Origin: an uncultured Candidatus Saccharibacteria bacterium | GTDB taxonomy: Bacteria > Patescibacteriota > Minisyncoccia > Phycocordibacterales > JACNGX01 | Length of the DNA: 64,000 nt | Assembly (NCBI GenBank): GCA_964621395.1 | Contig: CAZULS010000001.1 | Location: 135,920 to 199,919 of the forward strand | Reading direction: 5' to 3' | In this document: positions 60,885 through 64,000 of the stretch, one piece after another | Layout: the number at the start of each line of letters is the position of its first letter | How positions within the stretch are numbered: the first letter of the stretch is position 1 | The notes under the pieces: model-generated | The model's database searches: none | Told to the model about the DNA's origin: nothing | The model's input: only the letters and a program-made list of their open reading frames with translations | Program-made: the position numbers and the translations under genes

Positions 60885-61310
60885 ATGTTGTTTCCGAAAA
60901 AAGTAAAATATCGCAAGTGGCAGACAAACCGCAAGCACCCTGAGAAACTCGCACGTCCTGATACGCGCGGTATTACCCTTGCCTTTGGTTCATTTGGTTT
61001 GAAGGCCGAGACTCAAGGTCGCATCACATCGAATCAGATTGAAGCGGCTCGTCGTGCACTCACTCGTTCTATCGGTAAAACAGGAAAGGTGTGGATTCGT
61101 ATTTTCCCTGATCGTCCGGTAACGGCAAAAGCAGCCGAAGTGGGAATGGGAAAGGGAAAAGGTGACCTCAAAGGATATGTGATGGAGGCACGTCCCGGAC
61201 GCATGCTCTTCGAGGTTGACGGAGTGACGGAAGAAGCAGCGCGCCTTGGCATGCACAAAGCGGGAGCGAAGCTTCCGGTGAAGACGAAGTTTATCATCCG
61301 CGAGCATTAA
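60885..61310 (+). CDS. rplP: 50S ribosomal protein L16
   Basis: QIEAAR, WIRIFPD, MGKGKG. Confidence 0.97.
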   Translation: MLFPKKVKYRKWQTNRKHPEKLARPDTRGITLAFGSFGLKAETQGRITSNQIEAARRALTRSIGKTGKVWIRIFPDRPVTAKAAEVGMGKGKGDLKGYVMEARPGRMLFEVDGVTEEAARLGMHKAGAKLPVKTKFIIREH

Positions 61311-61349
61311 ACTTGCAATTTCCTTATCGAAAGGTATACTTCCAAAATT

Positions 61350-61556
61350 ATGGCTCATTCCTTCGCACAAAAGAAAACAGCAGAGCTCAAAGCTCTTCTT
61401 CTGGAAAAGAAAGAGGCATTGCGTGCCAACCGTTTTGATATTGCCGGAAGTAAAGGTTCCAATGTGAAAGAGAATCGCAATCTCCGTAAGGATATTGCAC
61501 GCATTGAAACGGTTCTCGCTTCACAAAAAAGCGAAGAAGAGGTAACCACACAATAA
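61350..61556 (+). CDS. rpmC: 50S ribosomal protein L29
   Basis: RKDIARIETV; position in the cluster. Confidence 0.9.
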   Translation: MAHSFAQKKTAELKALLLEKKEALRANRFDIAGSKGSNVKENRNLRKDIARIETVLASQKSEEEVTTQ

Positions 61557-61565
61557 TATTTTCAT

Positions 61566-61811
61566 ATGGCAGATACTACACAAAAAATAATCAAGCGCCT
61601 GGAGGGAACTGTTGTTTCAGATGCAATGGACAAGACAGTGACCGTTCTCGTGGACCGCTTTGTAAAGCACCCGAAATACGGCAAGTTTTACACGCGTTCG
61701 AAGAAGTACAAGGCACATGACCCGGAGAATGCTCATAAGAAAGGGGATCGTGTGACCATCGAATCGTGTCGCCCGATTTCAAAAGACAAAGCATTCCGCG
61801 TCGTTGAGTAA
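61566..61811 (+). CDS. rpsQ: 30S ribosomal protein S17
   Basis: [23 protein letters not shown]. Confidence 0.96.
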   Translation: MADTTQKIIKRLEGTVVSDAMDKTVTVLVDRFVKHPKYGKFYTRSKKYKAHDPENAHKKGDRVTIESCRPISKDKAFRVVE

Positions 61812-62034
61812 ATTACGAATTACGAATAACGCGAATATACGAATACACAATACAGTTTCTGAGAACAATTATCCTGTCATTCATACAAAAGCGGAGATCC
61901 CGCATCACCCACGCCCCAGTTTTCAAGAAAGAGGAAAACTGAGCGGGGCAAGAGTGCGGGATGACAGAGGACAGAAGGAGAGCCGCGTAGCGGCGATTCC
62001 TAAAAGCTCAAAGCTATAAGCTATTACCCAAACC

Positions 62035-62406
62035 ATGATTCAGCCTGAAACACAAGTAAAGATTGCCGACAACTCCGGTGCAAAGATCGGAAAAGTCTTC
62101 AAGATTCTCGGCGGAACACGTCGAAGATATGCACGCATTGGTGATGTGGTGATTTTGTCGGTGAAATCGGCTGAGCCGCGCAAGGCGGTGAAGAAGAAAG
62201 ATGTGGTACAGGCCGTGGTGGTGCGTCAGCGTCAGCCGCTCCGACGCAAAGACGGTTCATACATTCGCTTCGACGAGAACGCGGTTGTGATTCTCGAAAA
62301 AGGAAAGCAAGAGCCGAAAGGAGGTCGTGTGTTTGGTCCGATTCCGCGTGAACTCGCAGAGCGTGGCTATCAGAAGATTATTTCTCTCGCACCCGAGGTG
62401 CTTTAA
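62035..62406 (+). CDS. rplN: 50S ribosomal protein L14
   Basis: [21 protein letters not shown]. Confidence 0.97.
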   Translation: MIQPETQVKIADNSGAKIGKVFKILGGTRRRYARIGDVVILSVKSAEPRKAVKKKDVVQAVVVRQRQPLRRKDGSYIRFDENAVVILEKGKQEPKGGRVFGPIPRELAERGYQKIISLAPEVL

Positions 62407-62408
62407 AT

Positions 62409-62714
62409 ATGAAAATCAAGAAAGGAGATACCATTGTAGTGATTGCCGGTGCCGATAAAGGAAAGGAAGGAAAGGTGGCCGAAGCACTCCCCGCGCAGAG
62501 TCGTGTGGTTGTTGATGGTGTGAATATGCGCAAGCGCCACAGCAAGGCGCGAAAGAGTGGCGAAAAGGGTCAGATTGTTGAATATGCTGCGCCGCTTCAT
62601 GTGTCCAATGTGGCGCTCAAGGATCCGAAGACTGGAAAGCCGACACGCACGGGTGTGAAGATGGAAGGGAAGAAGAAAGTGCGTATTGCGCGAAAGAGCG
62701 GTAGCACAGTTTAA
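62409..62714 (+). CDS. rplX: 50S ribosomal protein L24
   Basis: KKGD.V.VIAG.DKGK.G, APLHVSNV. Confidence 0.96.
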   Translation: MKIKKGDTIVVIAGADKGKEGKVAEALPAQSRVVVDGVNMRKRHSKARKSGEKGQIVEYAAPLHVSNVALKDPKTGKPTRTGVKMEGKKKVRIARKSGSTV

Positions 62715-62718
62715 TTCA

Positions 62719-62904
62719 AGAACCTCTCTCAGTAAAAATGGCTTACGTCCGTGCTCTCCGTTCGAGCGAGACGCCGGCGCGGAGTACGAAGCATACTGAG
62801 ATATGGTGAGGACGAGCGACAAGTCGCAGCCGAATGGAGAGTGCGGAAGTTGCCAAGTTATTGAATATCATTTTATTATTACGTTTTTTACTGAGATAGG
62901 TTCT
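62719..62904 (-). mobile_element. ~190-bp rod-like palindromic element
   Basis: AGAACCT..AGGTTCT ends; CGGCTGC/TCGCTCG core on the minus strand. Confidence 0.72.
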
Positions 62905-62910
62905 GATACT

Positions 62911-63456
62911 ATGGAAACGATTGCAGACAAATTGAAGAGTACACGTGAAGCGCTCGGCGAGCGTTTTGGATACACAAATATGTTTCAGGCACCGCGCCTT
63001 GAGAAGATTGTTGTCTCAACCGGCGTTGGCTCCACTATCGATAAAGAGAAGCTCAAACTCGTACCTGAGCGTTTGGCACTCATTACCGGCCAGAAGCCGT
63101 CGGCACGCGCAGCAAAGAAGTCTATTGCGTCCTTTAAGGTGCGCGAAGGAAGTGTTGTTGGTCATAGTGTTACTCTTCGTGGCGCACGCATGCGCGGTTT
63201 CCTCGAGAAGCTCATTCACGTGGCGCTTCCGCGTACCCGCGACTTCGGTGGTATTTCGCCGAAAGCAATTGATGATATGGGCAACCTCACCATCGGCATC
63301 AAGGAACACACGATTTTCCCGGAAACATCCGATGAAGAATTGAAAAATGTCTTTGGCATGGCTATCACGCTCGTCTCCACGGCGAAAAACAAAGAAGAAG
63401 CACTCGCATTCTTCACCCACCTCGGTGTTCCGTTTAGAAAAGAGGAGAAAGCCTAA
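62911..63456 (+). CDS. rplE: 50S ribosomal protein L5
   Basis: ITGQKP, SIASFKVREG, PRTRDF, IFPE. Confidence 0.97.
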   Translation: METIADKLKSTREALGERFGYTNMFQAPRLEKIVVSTGVGSTIDKEKLKLVPERLALITGQKPSARAAKKSIASFKVREGSVVGHSVTLRGARMRGFLEKLIHVALPRTRDFGGISPKAIDDMGNLTIGIKEHTIFPETSDEELKNVFGMAITLVSTAKNKEEALAFFTHLGVPFRKEEKA

Positions 63457-64000
63457 AGCACAACAAGTCGTGCTCGGCCACGGTAAAGATTAGGAGATTA
63501 AACATTAAAAAAGCGCGGGCATACGCCCGCGCTTTTTACACTTTCACATACCGCGTCGCGCGACCGATTTCATAGGGGTAAAAATCGAATATATAACACT
63601 ATACTGTATATAACAGATTATGGTGGATTATAGCGGATAACGCAAGCAGCCCAAAGCACAACAAGTCGCGCTCGGCCGCGATAGAGATTAGGATAAAAAG
63701 AAATCCCGCCGAAGTTAAGCTTTGGCAATTCCGCCAAAGCTTAACTTCGGCGGGACACAACTTCTTCATGCTGTAAAGAATATGGAATATGGAAAAAACG
63801 CAAACCACTGTCATTCCGCACTTGATGCGGAATCTTCATTGTTTTGTTTCTTTTTGTTAAGATTCTGAGTCGAGCTCAGAATGACAGTTTTTTGGATCCA
63901 GGATGACGGAAATTTTTATGCTCGCGCTTTTGTATTGCAACAATGAACAATAAATAAACGACCGCTGGAATGCGGTCGTTTTTGGCGAAAAAAGAAAAGA

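Noticed and set aside
1-64000. Alternative genetic code (UGA=Gly, code 25)
   Set aside because: Conserved genes are intact in code 11 and TGA terminates ORFs, for example at 5967 and 43415.

Overview
64 kb of a small-genome bacterium, most likely Patescibacteria/CPR (Parcubacteria-like). This is inferred from SD-less housekeeping leaders, VirB2/TrbC-like pilins, split ComEC and ribosomal proteins with charged tails; the genetic code is 11. Core content: mscS, tRNA-Gly, HU, rny, clpP/tig, ppa, nusA, a type IV pilus/competence locus (pilB, pilC, three prepilin-type genes), tpiA/pgk, recJ, rnhA, comEC, rpmB, and the str/S10/spc ribosomal cluster (rpsL to rplE). Accessory content: two TA modules, a TetR-hydrolase unit and about 12 stand-alone ORFan units. 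Main unexplained signals: (1) two tandem pilin-like genes sharing an identical 327-bp block but carrying different peptidoglycan-hydrolase domains; (2) several families of palindromic elements, including one inserted in-frame in trigger factor, NusA, L22 and L23, one of near-constant ~103 bp length with unique interiors, and one occupying four consecutive junctions of the pilus operon; (3) promoter + boxA-like + ORFan + terminator cassettes that also split the ribosomal operons. All calls are by eye; no searches were run.
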